Below are positions 40,234 through 51,913 of a stretch of DNA of 64,000 nucleotides, one piece after another (position 1 is the stretch's first letter; every line of letters starts with the position of its first letter). The position numbers were made by a program, and so were the translations under genes. This DNA is from an uncultured Pelagibacteraceae bacterium. GTDB taxonomy: Bacteria; Pseudomonadota; Alphaproteobacteria; Pelagibacterales; Pelagibacteraceae. The stretch is from positions 81,548-145,547 of the forward strand of contig CACJNE010000001.1 of NCBI GenBank assembly GCA_902594675.1, in the 5' to 3' direction. A model generated the notes under the pieces. It was not told the DNA's origin. It ran no database searches and saw only the letters and a list, made by a program, of their open reading frames with translations.

Positions 40234-40530
40234 ATGGCTAGATCAGTTTGGAAAGGACCATTTGTAGAAGAAAGTCTGATTAAAAAAGTAGAAAAAATAA
40301 AAAATGAAACGGTGAAGAAACCAATAAAAACTTGGTCAAGAAAATCAACAATTATTCCTGATTTCGTGGGTATCAGTTTTCTTATTTATAATGGAAAAAA
40401 ATTTATACCAATTACAATCTCAGAAGATATGGTCGGTCATAAGTTTGGAGAATTTGCACCAACTAGACAATTTTTTGGTCATACTCCAGCTGATAAAAAA
40501 GCAAAAGTTGAAGGTGGAGCAAAAAAATAA
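40234..40530 (+). CDS. rpsS: 30S ribosomal protein S19
   Basis: [21 protein letters not shown]. Confidence 0.98.
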   Translation: MARSVWKGPFVEESLIKKVEKIKNETVKKPIKTWSRKSTIIPDFVGISFLIYNGKKFIPITISEDMVGHKFGEFAPTRQFFGHTPADKKAKVEGGAKK

Positions 40531-40925
40531 TGTCAAAATTACAAAAAAAAATTGATACAAAAATAGTAAAGTCTGTGAACAAAAACGTTAGATCAAGTAC
40601 AAGAAAATTAAATCCAATTTTAAAGTCTATAGTTGGAAAAAAAGTCGATATAGCAATACGTGATTTAACATTCTCAGACAAAAGAATTTCAAAAGATATT
40701 AGAAAAACAATTTCATCAGCTGTTGCCAATGCCGAAAATAACTATCAATATGATATAGATAAATTAATAGTTAAGGAAGCATATTGTGGAAAACAAGTTG
40801 TAATGAAGAGATTTAGAGCAAGAGCAAAGGGAAGAGCTGCAGAGATAATGAAACCTTACTCAAATCTAACGATTATTTTAACTGAAAAAGAAAAAAAAAT
40901 GGAGAAACATGGGACAAAAAGTTAA
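40530..40925 (+). CDS. rplV: 50S ribosomal protein L22
   Basis: [20 protein letters not shown]. Confidence 0.96.
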   Translation: MSKLQKKIDTKIVKSVNKNVRSSTRKLNPILKSIVGKKVDIAIRDLTFSDKRISKDIRKTISSAVANAENNYQYDIDKLIVKEAYCGKQVVMKRFRARAKGRAAEIMKPYSNLTIILTEKEKKMEKHGTKS

Positions 40926-41568
40926 TCCTGTAGGCTTACGTTTAGGTATTAATAGAGGCTGGGACTCTGTTTGGTACGCTAAGAAAAAGGATTTTGGAAA
41001 TAATTTAATAGAAGATTTTAGAATTAGAGAATATATCAAAAAAAATGTTATAAACTCTGGAGTTTCAAAAGTAATGATTGAGAGAACCTCGAAGAAGTGT
41101 TTTGTTACTATTTATACATCTAGACCAGGTTTTGTAATTGGTAAAAAAGGAACTGATATAGAAAAAATAAAAGGAAATTTATCTAAACTAACTACAAATG
41201 AGGTTGTTTTAAATATAAAAGAGGTAAAAAAACCTGAAACAAATAGTTATCTTGTTGCTGAAAATATAGCTCAACAATTAGTTAAAAGAGTTTCCTATAG
41301 AAGAGCAATGAAAAGAGCAATGCAATCAGCATTAAGACTTGGCGCTAAAGGGATTAAAGTATCTATAAGTGGAAGATTAGGTGGAAATGAAATTGCAAGA
41401 ACTGAATGGTTAAGAGAAGGCAGTATTCCATCACATACTTTAAGAGCTGACATTGATTATTCGGAGGCAGAAGCATTAACAACGTATGGAATTATTGGGA
41501 TTAAAGTATGGATTTATAAGGGTGAAATATTCACAAAAGAATTTAGTCAGGAAAGGAACAAATCTTAA
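40909..41568 (+). CDS. rpsC: 30S ribosomal protein S3
   Basis: [25 protein letters not shown]. Confidence 0.98.
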   Translation: MGQKVNPVGLRLGINRGWDSVWYAKKKDFGNNLIEDFRIREYIKKNVINSGVSKVMIERTSKKCFVTIYTSRPGFVIGKKGTDIEKIKGNLSKLTTNEVVLNIKEVKKPETNSYLVAENIAQQLVKRVSYRRAMKRAMQSALRLGAKGIKVSISGRLGGNEIARTEWLREGSIPSHTLRADIDYSEAEALTTYGIIGIKVWIYKGEIFTKEFSQERNKS

Positions 41569-41570
41569 AA

Positions 41571-41978
41571 ATGTTACAACCTACAAGAACAAAATTTAGA
41601 AAAGCACATAAAGGAAGAATACATGGTAATGCTTCAAGATGTAACGCTATGAATTATGGCTCATTCGGATTAAAGGCTGTTCAACCAGATAGAGTCATTT
41701 CAAGGCAAATAGAAGCAGCAAGAGTTGCACTTACAAGACACATGAAAAGACAGGGGCGTGTTTGGACTCGTATGTTTCCAAATATACCTGTATCAAAAAA
41801 ACCAACAGAAGTAAGAATGGGGAAGGGTAAAGGATCACCAGAGTTTTGGGCATGCAGAGTAAAGCCAGGCAGAATATTATTTGAAGTTGATGGAGTATCA
41901 GAACAAGTTGCAAAAGAGGCTTTGTATAAAGCTTCTGCTAAACTACCAATTAAATGTAAATTTATAAAAAGAATATAA
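41571..41978 (+). CDS. rplP: 50S ribosomal protein L16
   Basis: [18 protein letters not shown]. Confidence 0.98.
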   Translation: MLQPTRTKFRKAHKGRIHGNASRCNAMNYGSFGLKAVQPDRVISRQIEAARVALTRHMKRQGRVWTRMFPNIPVSKKPTEVRMGKGKGSPEFWACRVKPGRILFEVDGVSEQVAKEALYKASAKLPIKCKFIKRI

Positions 41979-41980
41979 AA

Positions 41981-42169
41981 ATGAAAAAAAAAGAAATAAA
42001 AAAACTTACTAAAAAACAAATGTTAGAAAATTTAGAAAAGCTTAAAAAAGATTTATTTAACTTCAGATTTCAAAAGGTGAATGGTCAAGTAAAGAGTCCA
42101 GCAAAAATATCAGAAACAAAAAAAAACATAGCAAGATTGAAAACTTTGTTAGAGGTAAAAAATGCCTAA
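41981..42169 (+). CDS. rpmC: 50S ribosomal protein L29
   Basis: [16 protein letters not shown]; operon position. Confidence 0.95.
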   Translation: MKKKEIKKLTKKQMLENLEKLKKDLFNFRFQKVNGQVKSPAKISETKKNIARLKTLLEVKNA

Positions 42170-42398
42170 GAAAATATTAAATGGTATAGTTGTAAGTGAT
42201 AAACCAAACAAAACTATAACTGTTTTGGTAGAAAGAAAATACCAACATCCTGTTTTAAAAAAAGTGATGAAAGCTAGGAAAAAATATAATGCTCATGATG
42301 AGGAAAACAAATTTAAAATTGGAGATAAAGTTTCAATTAAAGAAAGCAGACCATTTTCAAAAAATAAAAAATTTGAAGTTATTGGAGAGATTAAATGA
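42162..42398 (+). CDS. rpsQ: 30S ribosomal protein S17
   Basis: [22 protein letters not shown]. Confidence 0.97.
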   Translation: MPKKILNGIVVSDKPNKTITVLVERKYQHPVLKKVMKARKKYNAHDEENKFKIGDKVSIKESRPFSKNKKFEVIGEIK

Positions 42399-42763
42399 TT
42401 CAAGTCCAAACAGAATTACTTGTTGCAGATAATACAGGTGCAAAAAAAATAGAGTGCATAAAAGTTTTAGGTGGCTCTAAAAGAAGATATGCAAGTATTG
42501 GAGATATAATTGTAGTTGCTGTCAAAGAGGCTATACCAAAAGGTAAAGTTAAAAAAGGGGCAGTCCATAAGGCAGTAGTTGTAAGAGTAAAAAAGGGAAT
42601 TCATAGAAACGATGGTTCTAAAGTAAGGTTTGATAATAATGCAGCAGTTTTAACAGATGATAAAGGTGAGCCTATAGGAACAAGAATTTTTGGTCCTGTT
42701 ACTAGAGAGTTAAGAAATAAAGGACAGATGAAAATAATTTCCTTGGCTCCGGAGGTTTTGTAA
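42395..42763 (+). CDS. rplN: 50S ribosomal protein L14
   Basis: [23 protein letters not shown]. Confidence 0.99.
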   Translation: MIQVQTELLVADNTGAKKIECIKVLGGSKRRYASIGDIIVVAVKEAIPKGKVKKGAVHKAVVVRVKKGIHRNDGSKVRFDNNAAVLTDDKGEPIGTRIFGPVTRELRNKGQMKIISLAPEVL

Positions 42764-43002
42764 TGATTAAAAAGGGTTTAAAAGTTAAAGTTTTAACTGG
42801 TAAAGATAAAAAAAAAGAAGGTGAAGTGATCGAAATAGATAGAAAAAATAATAGAGCCAAAGTTAAAGGAATAAACATAGTTAAAAAACATGTTAAAACA
42901 ACAAAAGAAAAAAAAGGCGGCATTGTATCCAAAGAAAACTTTGTACATTTCTCAAATTTAAGAAAAGTAGATCTTGGAAAAAAATTAGAAGCTAAGAAAT
43001 AA
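42763..43002 (+). CDS. rplX: 50S ribosomal protein L24 (short)
   Basis: KOW motif [22 protein letters not shown]. Confidence 0.93.
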   Translation: MIKKGLKVKVLTGKDKKKEGEVIEIDRKNNRAKVKGINIVKKHVKTTKEKKGGIVSKENFVHFSNLRKVDLGKKLEAKK

Positions 43003-43556
43003 TGGAACCACGATTAAAAAACATAATAAATAAAGAAATAAATCCGAGTTTAAAAGAAATGTTCGGCTATAAAAATATATTTATGGGACCAAAAATTGAA
43101 AAAATTGTTCTAAATATGGGTTTGGGACTAGATGGTAATGACACAAAAATTATTAATTCTTGCCAAGAAGACCTAGCTAGTATTACTGGTCAAAAACCTG
43201 TTATTACAAAATTTAAAAAATCAATCGCAAATTTTAAGACAAGAAAAAATACTAATTCTGGTCTAAAAGTTACACTTAGAAAAAATAAAATGTATGAATT
43301 TATGGATAGACTAATAAATATTGCATTACCAAGAATTAAAGACTTCAGAGGTTTAAACCCTAATGGTTTTGACAAATTTGGCAATTATACATTTGGCATT
43401 AAAGAGCAAATTATTTTTCCCGAAGTAAATTTTGATAAGGTTGATAAAATTAGAGGACTGGATATAACAATTGTAATAAAATCTAAAGACAAAAAGCATA
43501 GTTTTGAACTTCTTAAAAAATTAAATTTCCCATTTAAAGACAACAGGAGTAATTAA
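43002..43556 (+). CDS. rplE: 50S ribosomal protein L5
   Basis: [24 protein letters not shown]. Confidence 0.98.
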   Translation: MEPRLKNIINKEINPSLKEMFGYKNIFMGPKIEKIVLNMGLGLDGNDTKIINSCQEDLASITGQKPVITKFKKSIANFKTRKNTNSGLKVTLRKNKMYEFMDRLINIALPRIKDFRGLNPNGFDKFGNYTFGIKEQIIFPEVNFDKVDKIRGLDITIVIKSKDKKHSFELLKKLNFPFKDNRSN

Positions 43557-43861
43557 TGGCAAAGTTGAGTGCAATAAATAAAAATAATAAAAGAATTAAG
43601 CTTTCTGACAAATATTACAAAAGAAGAGAAACGCTAAAAAAGACAATAATGAATAAAAAATTGTCTTTTGAGGAAAGATTTAAAGCCCAGCAGAAACTAT
43701 CAAATTTACCTAGGAATTCAGCTAAGATTAGAGTTAGAAATAGATGTCAAATAACAGGTAGACCTCATGGAGTTTATCGAAAATTAAAAATATCAAGAAT
43801 CGCTTTAAGACAATTAGGTCTAGAGGGCAAAATCCCTGGTATGGTAAAATCAAGTTGGTAG
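43556..43861 (+). CDS. rpsN: 30S ribosomal protein S14 (long, non-Zn form)
   Basis: [23 protein letters not shown]. Confidence 0.98.
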   Translation: MAKLSAINKNNKRIKLSDKYYKRRETLKKTIMNKKLSFEERFKAQQKLSNLPRNSAKIRVRNRCQITGRPHGVYRKLKISRIALRQLGLEGKIPGMVKSSW

Positions 43862-43871
43862 AAAGGATATT

Positions 43872-44267
43872 ATGAGTTTAAGTGATCCAATTGGAGATAT
43901 GTTAGCAAGATTAAAAAATTCTCAAAAAAGAAATCATAAAAAAGTTGAGCTTCCGTCGTCAAAATTTAAAACAAAAATAGCTGAAATTTTAAAATCTGAA
44001 GGATACATTATTGATTATGAGGTTAAATCAGAACAAAATAAAGAAAATCTTCATATAAGTCTTAAATACAGTTCGGGAAATCCAGTGATAAGTTCCATTG
44101 AAAGAGTTTCTAAACCTGGAAGAAGAATATTTTCAAGTGCTGAAAGTCTACCTAAAGTTAACAATGGCCTTGGAATAGCAATTATATCAACTCCAAAAGG
44201 TGTTATGACTGATATTGATGCTAGAAAACAAAAAGTTGGTGGCGAAATTATTTGTAAGGTATTTTAA
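43872..44267 (+). CDS. rpsH: 30S ribosomal protein S8
   Basis: DPIGDML, SKPGRR, STPKGVMT. Confidence 0.98.
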   Translation: MSLSDPIGDMLARLKNSQKRNHKKVELPSSKFKTKIAEILKSEGYIIDYEVKSEQNKENLHISLKYSSGNPVISSIERVSKPGRRIFSSAESLPKVNNGLGIAIISTPKGVMTDIDARKQKVGGEIICKVF

Positions 44268-44806
44268 TGTCAAAAATAGGAAAAATAAATATATCAATTC
44301 CAGAAAAGGTTAAAGTAATTTTAAGTGGAAATATTATTAACATAGAAGGACCACTTGGAAAAAAAACATTAAATATAGATGTAGAAATGTTTGATTTAAA
44401 AATAAATGAAGGTAAAGAAGTATCAATTAAACCAAAAACGAACAATCAAAATACAAAAAGATTATGGGGTATGAATAGAAGTCTTATAAATAATGCTATT
44501 ATTGGCACAAGCAAAGGCTATGAAAAAATTTTAGAATTATCTGGCGTTGGTTACAGAGCTTCTTTAAAAGGAAATCTTCTAAACTTACAATTAGGATTTA
44601 GTCACGATATTAATTATGACATACCTGATGGTGTAAAAATTCAGGTAGAAAAACAAAATATTCTTAAAATTTCAGGCACAGACAAACAGCAAGTTGGTAT
44701 GGTTGCAGCTGAAATAAAGAGCATTAGACCACCAGAACCTTACAAAGGAAAAGGTATTAAAGAACAAGGGCAATATATATTAAGAAAAGAGGGTAAAAAG
44801 AAATAA
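44267..44806 (+). CDS. rplF: 50S ribosomal protein L6
   Basis: [19 protein letters not shown]. Confidence 0.98.
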   Translation: MSKIGKINISIPEKVKVILSGNIINIEGPLGKKTLNIDVEMFDLKINEGKEVSIKPKTNNQNTKRLWGMNRSLINNAIIGTSKGYEKILELSGVGYRASLKGNLLNLQLGFSHDINYDIPDGVKIQVEKQNILKISGTDKQQVGMVAAEIKSIRPPEPYKGKGIKEQGQYILRKEGKKK

Positions 44807-45159
44807 TGAACTTAACAAAAATAGAGAGAAAAAGATTTAGAGTAAGAGGTAAATTAAAAAAATTTTCATCTAATGATAGATTTAGATTAAGTGTAAATAG
44901 ATCAACTAAGAATATAAGTGTTCAAATTATAGACGATGTAAAAAATATTACATTAGCCTCTGCTTCCTCTAATATAAAAGAATTAAAAACACAAGTTAAA
45001 ACAAAAAAAGAATTATCAGCAATAGTTGCTGAAAAACTTGCAAAAAAAGCAAAAGAAATGAAGATTACAAAAGTTTACTTTGACAGAGGTATTTACAAAT
45101 ATCATGGAAGAATAAAAATGCTAGCAGAAGAACTTAGAAAAAATGGAATGGAATTTTAA
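44806..45159 (+). CDS. rplR: 50S ribosomal protein L18
   Basis: [19 protein letters not shown]. Confidence 0.97.
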   Translation: MNLTKIERKRFRVRGKLKKFSSNDRFRLSVNRSTKNISVQIIDDVKNITLASASSNIKELKTQVKTKKELSAIVAEKLAKKAKEMKITKVYFDRGIYKYHGRIKMLAEELRKNGMEF

Positions 45160-45162
45160 TTT

Positions 45163-45663
45163 ATGGAAAAAAATACCGAATTTGTTGAAAAACTAGTACA
45201 CATAAATCGTATTACCAAGGTAGTTAAAGGTGGAAGAAGATTTGGCTTTTCAGCTTTGGTTGTTGTTGGAAACCAGAATGGAAAGATTGGAATTGCCCAT
45301 GCCAAAGCAAAACAAGTTCCTGACGCTATAAAAAAAGCTAACGAGCTAGCAAGAAGAAACCTAGTACAAATACCTTTAAGAGAAGGCAGAACCATCCATC
45401 ATGATATATTTGGAAAAGATGGTGCAGGTAAAATCAAGTTGAGAGCAGCGCCGAAGGGTACAGGAATAATTGCTGGAGGAGCTGTTAGAGCTGTATGCGA
45501 GGTTTTAGGTATAAAGGACATTGTGGCCAAATCACTTGGTACTGCAAACCCTCATAATGTTATTAGAGCATGTATGAAAGCTTTATCTGCGCAAAACTCT
45601 CCAAAAAATATTTCACTATTAAGGAATAAAAAAATATCTGAAATTGTAGAAAAAAGAGGATAA
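45163..45663 (+). CDS. rpsE: 30S ribosomal protein S5
   Basis: [26 protein letters not shown]. Confidence 0.98.
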   Translation: MEKNTEFVEKLVHINRITKVVKGGRRFGFSALVVVGNQNGKIGIAHAKAKQVPDAIKKANELARRNLVQIPLREGRTIHHDIFGKDGAGKIKLRAAPKGTGIIAGGAVRAVCEVLGIKDIVAKSLGTANPHNVIRACMKALSAQNSPKNISLLRNKKISEIVEKRG

Positions 45664-46121
45664 TGAATTTATTAAACACTAAAGTAAAAACAAAAATAAA
45701 TAAAAAAAGACTTGGAAGAGGTATTGGTTCTGGTAAAGGAAAAACTTCAGGCAGGGGTGTAAAAGGTCAAAAATCTAGATCAGGTGTAGCAATTAAAAGT
45801 TTTGAGGGTGGTCAAATGCCACTTTATAGAAGGCTCCCAAAAAGAGGTTTTAATCCAATAAATCGAAGCAAGGTTGCCAAAATCAACTTGGATCAATTAC
45901 AAAATTTCGTTGATAAAAAAAGAGTTGATACTTCAAGCATCATTAATTTAGAAAGCTTAAAGAAAAATAATATTATAAATAAATCATATCTAAAGTTTAA
46001 AGTGCTTGGGAATGGTAATTTAACCTCTAAAGTCGATATAGAGGCAGATTTTTCATCTGTTTCAGCTAAGCAAAAGATTGAAAAACTTGGTGGAGTGATA
46101 AAAATCAAAAACCAAAAATGA
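45663..46121 (+). CDS. rplO: 50S ribosomal protein L15
   Basis: GRGIGSGKGKTSGRG, FEGGQMPLYRRLPKRGF. Confidence 0.98.
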   Translation: MNLLNTKVKTKINKKRLGRGIGSGKGKTSGRGVKGQKSRSGVAIKSFEGGQMPLYRRLPKRGFNPINRSKVAKINLDQLQNFVDKKRVDTSSIINLESLKKNNIINKSYLKFKVLGNGNLTSKVDIEADFSSVSAKQKIEKLGGVIKIKNQK

Positions 46122-47398
46122 GTGAGTCGTCACAAACAAACGATTTAAGAAACAGAATCATATTTACAATATTTATATTAGCAATTTATAGATTAGGTAC
46201 TTTCGTACCACTGCCAGGAATAGATCCAGAGCAGCTCCAAGTAATGATGGATAGCAATCAAAAAGGTTTATTAGGCATGTTTAATGTATTTGCAGGCGGA
46301 GCCGTAAGCAGAATGGCAATATTTGCACTAGGAATAATGCCCTACATTTCATCATCAATCATAGTGCAACTTTTAACTGGTGTAACAGATTATTTTAAAA
46401 ATCTTAAAGCACAAGGTGAAATTGGAAGACAAAAAATTACACAAATAACTAGATATGGAACTGTCCTATTGGCTACAGTACAAGGATATGGACTAGCTGT
46501 GGGATTAGAGTCATCAGCAGATTTGGTTATAAATCCTGGTATTTTCTTTAAAATTTCAACAGTGACAACGATAGTTGCTGGTACAATATTCTTAATGTGG
46601 TTGGGTGAACAAATCACTCAAAGAGGAATAGGCAATGGTATCTCCTTGATAATTTTTTCAGGTATAGTAGCAGAAATCCCAAGAGCTTTAGTTACAACCT
46701 TCGAGTTGGGCAGAACAGGAGCTATCTCAACAATAATGATAATATTTATTTTTATATTACTAGTTTTAACAATTCTATTTATAGTATTTATGGAAAGAGC
46801 ATTAAGAAAAATACTAATAAATTATCCGAAAAGACAAATGGGAAGTAAAATGTATGGAGGTGAGTCTTCACATCTACCTCTTAAAATAAATTCAGCAGGT
46901 GTTATACCGGCAATTTTTGCTTCAGCCTTGTTGTTATTGCCAGTTACATTTTCGAATTTCAATGTATCTCAGAATGAAATTTTTATGAATATATCGTCCT
47001 ACTTTTCTCAAGGACAGCCTCTTTACATGATTTTATACGCATCTGGAATTATTTTTTTTACTTTTTTTTATACTTCAATAACATTTAATCCTAATGAGAC
47101 AGCTGAAAATTTAAGAAAATATGGAGGTTTTGTACCAGGTATTAGACCGGGTGAAAGTACAGCTTTGTACATAGATACAATTTTGACAAGACTAACTACA
47201 ATTGGAGCATTATACCTTACATTGGTTTGTTTGATGCCCGAATTTTTAATTGCAAATTATCCAATACCTTTTTATCTAGGAGGGGCTTCTGTTTTAATTG
47301 TTGTAGTTGTTGCAATTGATACTGTTACACAAGTTCAAACAAGACTTATGAGTTCTCAATACGAGCAATTGATTAAAAAAACAAAATTTGGTAGATAA
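46118..47398 (+). CDS. secY: Preprotein translocase SecY
   Basis: LGIMPYISSSII, GIGNGISL, PGIRPG. Confidence 0.99.
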   Translation: MSESSQTNDLRNRIIFTIFILAIYRLGTFVPLPGIDPEQLQVMMDSNQKGLLGMFNVFAGGAVSRMAIFALGIMPYISSSIIVQLLTGVTDYFKNLKAQGEIGRQKITQITRYGTVLLATVQGYGLAVGLESSADLVINPGIFFKISTVTTIVAGTIFLMWLGEQITQRGIGNGISLIIFSGIVAEIPRALVTTFELGRTGAISTIMIIFIFILLVLTILFIVFMERALRKILINYPKRQMGSKMYGGESSHLPLKINSAGVIPAIFASALLLLPVTFSNFNVSQNEIFMNISSYFSQGQPLYMILYASGIIFFTFFYTSITFNPNETAENLRKYGGFVPGIRPGESTALYIDTILTRLTTIGALYLTLVCLMPEFLIANYPIPFYLGGASVLIVVVVAIDTVTQVQTRLMSSQYEQLIKKTKFGR

Positions 47399-47404
47399 TT
47401 TTTA

Positions 47405-47968
47405 GTGAATGTTATTATATTTGGACCACCTGGAGCTGGAAAGGGAACTCAAGCTTTAAATATAGTAAATAAATTTAATCTATATCAAATATCAACAGGC
47501 GATCTTTTAAGAAATGAAGTTAAAAATAAAACAGATATTGGTAGAGATATCGAAAATATAATTTCCAAAGGGGATTTTGCAACAGATGAAATAGTTAATA
47601 AACTAATTGAAAATGCCGTATTTGATCCAAAAAAAAGAAATAACCTAATATTTGATGGATATCCAAGATCTTTAAGTCAAGCCAAAAACTTAAAAATATT
47701 ATTAGATAATTCAAATCAGAAAATTGATTTTATTTTTTTTCTCAATGTCAAGAAAGATATTATTATACAAAGAATCAAAAAAAGAAAAATTTTAGAAAAA
47801 AGATCAGATGATAATTTAAATACAATTTTAAAAAGATTTGATACATACATGGAAACTACCAAACCTGTCCTAGATTATTATTCTAAAAATCAAAATTTTT
47901 ACGAAATTGACGGAGGTGCAGAAATAGATGAAATATCTAGTAAAATTGAGGAAATTCTATCAGTTTAA
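47405..47968 (+). CDS. adk: Adenylate kinase (short-LID form), GTG start
   Basis: GPPGAGKGTQ, STGDLLR, DGYPR, RSDD. Confidence 0.96.
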   Translation: MNVIIFGPPGAGKGTQALNIVNKFNLYQISTGDLLRNEVKNKTDIGRDIENIISKGDFATDEIVNKLIENAVFDPKKRNNLIFDGYPRSLSQAKNLKILLDNSNQKIDFIFFLNVKKDIIIQRIKKRKILEKRSDDNLNTILKRFDTYMETTKPVLDYYSKNQNFYEIDGGAEIDEISSKIEEILSV

Positions 47969-47972
47969 GACA

Positions 47973-48000
47973 TTGACTTTGAAATAACTTCTTATATAAA
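47973..48000 (+). promoter_or_regulatory. Putative sigma70 promoter of the alpha operon
   Basis: TTGACT (47973-47978), 16-bp spacer, TATAAA (47995-48000). Confidence 0.5.
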
Positions 48001-48024
48001 AGGCTAAATTTTTATCTCAATATT

Positions 48025-48408
48025 ATGGCTCGTATAGCAGGTGTAAATATACCACAAAATAAATTAGTTAGAATTGGTCTAACATACATATTTGGTATTG
48101 GTCAAAAAAATTCAAATGTTATTTGTAGACATTTAGAAATACCAAGTACGAAAAGAGTAAATGAATTAACAGACGAGGAGATATTAAAAATAAGAGAATT
48201 TATAGATCAAAAATTTACTGTAGAGGGTGACTTAAGAAGAGAAACATCACTTAATATTAAGAGACTTATTGATCTCGCATCCTATCGTGGTTCTAGACAT
48301 AGAAAAAAATTACCTGTAAGAGGACAAAGAACTAGATGTAATGCTAGAACACGTAAAGGTAAAGCAATTGCGATTGCTGGTAAAAAACTAACACCACTTA
48401 AAAAATAA
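48025..48408 (+). CDS. rpsM: 30S ribosomal protein S13
   Basis: [18 protein letters not shown]. Confidence 0.98.
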   Translation: MARIAGVNIPQNKLVRIGLTYIFGIGQKNSNVICRHLEIPSTKRVNELTDEEILKIREFIDQKFTVEGDLRRETSLNIKRLIDLASYRGSRHRKKLPVRGQRTRCNARTRKGKAIAIAGKKLTPLKK

Positions 48409-48409
48409 T

Positions 48410-48853
48410 ATGGCAAAAGATAAAAAAGAAAACAAAGATCAAGAAAAAAATAGCTCAAGCATACCTAAAAAAAGTTCTTATTCCAAAAAGAAAAAAAATA
48501 AAAAAAATATTTTAAATGGTATTGCTTATGTGCAGTCAACTTTTAACAATACAATTGTTTCAATTGCAGACACCAATGGTAATGTTATTTCATGGGCCTC
48601 AGCAGGACAAAAAGGATTTAAAGGGTCAAGAAAATCTACACCTTATGCTGCTCAAGTAGCAGCAGACTCAGCCGCCGCTAAGGCCTTAGAAGTAGGTATG
48701 AAAATTTTATCTGTTGAAGTTAAAGGTCCAGGCTCAGGTAGAGAAACTGCCTTAAGAGCCCTTCAAGCCAGAGGTTTTAAAATAATTTCTATTAAGGATA
48801 CAACCCCAATGCCACACAATGGTGCAAGACCACCAAAAAAAAGGAGAGTATAA
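48410..48853 (+). CDS. rpsK: 30S ribosomal protein S11
   Basis: [21 protein letters not shown]. Confidence 0.98.
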   Translation: MAKDKKENKDQEKNSSSIPKKSSYSKKKKNKKNILNGIAYVQSTFNNTIVSIADTNGNVISWASAGQKGFKGSRKSTPYAAQVAADSAAAKALEVGMKILSVEVKGPGSGRETALRALQARGFKIISIKDTTPMPHNGARPPKKRRV

Positions 48854-49881
48854 TGGATACAATGGAAGTAAATATTAAAAATTGGAAATCGTTAATTAAA
48901 CCACCCAAGCTAGATATAAATTTAAGCGATGATAAATCATTTGCAAAAATAATTGCTGAACCATTAGAAAAAGGGTATGGTCTTACATTAGGAAATTCTT
49001 TAAGAAGAATTTTATTATCATCAATTAGAGGGACAGCTGTTACAGCGATTCAAATTGATGGTGTTTTACATGAATTTACTTCAATAAAAGGTGTTAGAGA
49101 AGATGTAACAGATATAGTTTTAAATGTAAAATCTTTAGCACTAAAAAGTAATTCAGAAACTATAAATAAATTAATATTAGATGCGAAAGGCCCTGGCGAA
49201 ATTAAAGCTTCAAGCATAACAACAACGGCTGATGTTGAGATTTTAAATCCTGATTTGGTTATTTGTAATTTGGATGAAAATACAAATTTTCATATGGAAA
49301 TGACAGTAAGCAATGGTAAAGGTTACGTATCTGCTGAGATGAATAAACCTGAAGAGCCACCATTGGGACTTATACCAATTGATTCATTGTTTAGTCCGGT
49401 AAAAAAGGTCTCATATTCTGTTAGCACTGCAAGAGAAGGAAAGGCATTGGATTATGATAAATTAACGATGGAAGTTGAGACAAATGGATCAATTTCTGCA
49501 GAAGATGCTGTTGCTTATTCTGCAAGAATATTTCAAGATCAACTTGGAATGTTTGTCAATTTTGATGAACCTCAGGAAGTTATAGTAAGAGAACAGCCAA
49601 CAGAACCAGAGTTTAACAAAAATTTATTAAGAAAAGTCGATGAACTTGAATTATCAGTTAGATCAATGAATTGTCTTAAGAATGACAATATAATATATAT
49701 TGGTGATTTAGTCCAAAAATCTGAGGGAGAAATGTTAAGAACTCCTAATTTTGGAAGAAAGTCACTAAATGAAATTAAAGAAGTCTTAACTGGTATGTCT
49801 CTGTATTTAGGAATGGAAATACCAAATTGGCCACCTGACAACATTGCAGAACTGTCAAAAAAACTTGAGGAATCTATCTAA
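48853..49881 (+). CDS. rpoA: RNA polymerase alpha subunit
   Basis: [38 protein letters not shown]. Confidence 0.99.
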   Translation: MDTMEVNIKNWKSLIKPPKLDINLSDDKSFAKIIAEPLEKGYGLTLGNSLRRILLSSIRGTAVTAIQIDGVLHEFTSIKGVREDVTDIVLNVKSLALKSNSETINKLILDAKGPGEIKASSITTTADVEILNPDLVICNLDENTNFHMEMTVSNGKGYVSAEMNKPEEPPLGLIPIDSLFSPVKKVSYSVSTAREGKALDYDKLTMEVETNGSISAEDAVAYSARIFQDQLGMFVNFDEPQEVIVREQPTEPEFNKNLLRKVDELELSVRSMNCLKNDNIIYIGDLVQKSEGEMLRTPNFGRKSLNEIKEVLTGMSLYLGMEIPNWPPDNIAELSKKLEESI

Positions 49882-50321
49882 TGAGACATAAAATGGGCTA
49901 TAAAAAGCTCAACAGAACCTCAGAACATAGAAAAGCATTAATAAAAAATATGCTAAATTCATTAATCAAGTATGAACAAATTACTACGACACTTCCTAAA
50001 GCAAAAGTTTTAAAACCTCAAGCTGATAAAATTATAACTTTGGGGAAGAAAGACACATTGTCTAATACAAAAACACTTATCTCAAAATTGCAAGATGTTA
50101 AATCTACTAATAAAGTTAAAAAAACTTTATCTAAAAGATATGAAAACAGAAAAGGTGGATATACAAGAATTATAAAAGCTGGATTTAGATATGGTGATAA
50201 TGCACCAATGGCAGTTATTGAGTTTGTAGATAGAGATATTCAAGCAAAAAAAGTTGATAAAAAGAGGAAAGATCCAGCAAAAGATCAAAAAAAAGAAGAT
50301 CCTAAAGCAGCAACAGCCTAA
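49881..50321 (+). CDS. rplQ: 50S ribosomal protein L17
   Basis: MRHK..KLNRTSEHR, GGYTRI, GDNAPMA. Confidence 0.98.
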   Translation: MRHKMGYKKLNRTSEHRKALIKNMLNSLIKYEQITTTLPKAKVLKPQADKIITLGKKDTLSNTKTLISKLQDVKSTNKVKKTLSKRYENRKGGYTRIIKAGFRYGDNAPMAVIEFVDRDIQAKKVDKKRKDPAKDQKKEDPKAATA

Positions 50322-50331
50322 ACTAGACTTA

Positions 50332-51240
50332 ATGAAAAAAGTATTGCACGTTGATAAGACGTTTAACGGTATGCGTATAGATAGATTTTTAAGAAATCAA
50401 TTTGGTCAAATTCCTCAAAGTTTAATTGAAAAAAATTTAAGGAATGGAAAAATTAAGTTAAATAAAAAAAAAATTAAAAGTTCAAAAAAAATTGAATTTA
50501 ATGATAAAATTGAATTATTTAACTTTGAATTAAAAAAAATTTTAAAGCAAAATAATCAAAAATTTACACCTACAAATGAAATCATTAAAGAAAATGAAGA
50601 TTTAATTATTGAAAACAATAATGATTTTGTAGTTTTAAATAAACAATCAGGAATTTCAGTCCAAGGTGGGACTAAATCTAAAAAAAATATAATTGATATC
50701 TTTTCAAAAAGCGATGTATTTAAAGATACAAAACCATTTTCTGTACATAGACTGGATAAAGATACTTCAGGTGTATTTATAATTGCAAAGAATAGACAAA
50801 CAGCTCAGTTGCTAACCTCACTCTTTAGATTAAGAAAAATTTATAAAACTTATCTTGCTATATGTAATGGAGAAATAATTTTAAATAATAAAGGTTTAAT
50901 TAAAGATGATTTATTAAGATTTGAAAATAAAAAAAAAATAATAGAAAAAGCAGAGACTAAATATGAAATTTTAGATAAGAATAATAATGCTACATTTATA
51001 GAACTTCATCCAATTACTGGAAGAAAACATCAATTAAGAAAACAATTATTTAATCTTGGAAACTCAATTATTGGAGATAAAAAATACAATACAATAAATA
51101 ATTCTAAATTGAGTAGTAAAAATCTTATGTTGCACTCTTATGAAATTAAATTTAAAGTTAATGAAAAAAAATATACATTCAGAGCAACACCGCCTGATTA
51201 TTTTAGAAATATGTTAAAAGCAAAAAGACTTAATTTTTAA
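50332..51240 (+). CDS. rluC: RluA/RluC-family 23S rRNA pseudouridine synthase
   Basis: S4-like [33 protein letters not shown] at 50332 preferred. Confidence 0.85.
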   Translation: MKKVLHVDKTFNGMRIDRFLRNQFGQIPQSLIEKNLRNGKIKLNKKKIKSSKKIEFNDKIELFNFELKKILKQNNQKFTPTNEIIKENEDLIIENNNDFVVLNKQSGISVQGGTKSKKNIIDIFSKSDVFKDTKPFSVHRLDKDTSGVFIIAKNRQTAQLLTSLFRLRKIYKTYLAICNGEIILNNKGLIKDDLLRFENKKKIIEKAETKYEILDKNNNATFIELHPITGRKHQLRKQLFNLGNSIIGDKKYNTINNSKLSSKNLMLHSYEIKFKVNEKKYTFRATPPDYFRNMLKAKRLNF

Positions 51241-51853
51241 TATTTGATAAAAATTTTTTAATTAAAGTACTTTTAATTCTTTTATAGCTTTGTTTTTTAA
51301 TTGTTATTAAATTTGTAACTCCTCTATTGCTAATTCCACAAGGTATTATTTTTTTATATGCATCAAGATTGTTGGATATATTTAATGCAAATCCGTGGTA
51401 TGCAATCCATTTTTTTACTTTAATTCCCACTGCTGCAATTTTATTTACTCTTCCTGATTTATCCTTAAACCAAATTCCGATATTTTTTCTATCAGCAAAA
51501 GTACTTATATTGTAATCCTTTAAAGTATCGATAATTGTTTTTTCAATTGCAGTTAAAAGTTTTCTTATATTTTTACCTCTTTTGTTTAGATCAAGCACAA
51601 AATAAAAAACTAATTGACCGGGGCCATGGTAAGTTATTTTTCCACCTCTATTTGTTTTTACAAAATTTATTGATTTATCCAAAATTTCATTATTATTATA
51701 ACTAGTACCGCCTGTGTATATTTCTTCATGTTCCAAAATCCAAATAAGTTCATTACCCTCATTTTTTCTGATTTCTTCTAATTTATCTTCAAGTTTATCT
51801 ATTGCAGATTTATATTTTATTGGTTTTACTGACTTTTTGATTTCTATTGTCAT
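51230..51853 (-). CDS. lipB: Lipoyl(octanoyl) transferase
   Basis: [37 protein letters not shown]. Confidence 0.96.
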   Translation of the reverse strand: MTIEIKKSVKPIKYKSAIDKLEDKLEEIRKNEGNELIWILEHEEIYTGGTSYNNNEILDKSINFVKTNRGGKITYHGPGQLVFYFVLDLNKRGKNIRKLLTAIEKTIIDTLKDYNISTFADRKNIGIWFKDKSGRVNKIAAVGIKVKKWIAYHGFALNISNNLDAYKKIIPCGISNRGVTNLITIKKQSYKRIKSTLIKKFLSNIKN

Positions 51854-51913
51854 TATAAATTTGTATTATTCCTATTTTCTATTAATAGTGCCAACTAATT
51901 TAAGGTAAATTTT

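Noticed and set aside
47398-49881. Absence of map, infA, rpmJ and rpsD around secY-adk-rpsM-rpsK-rpoA
   Set aside because: This is the ordinary alphaproteobacterial arrangement.
50321-50328. AACTAGAC after rplQ, resembling the boundary motif
   Set aside because: A single 8-bp half-site without the 11-bp-phased partner, in core genome context.
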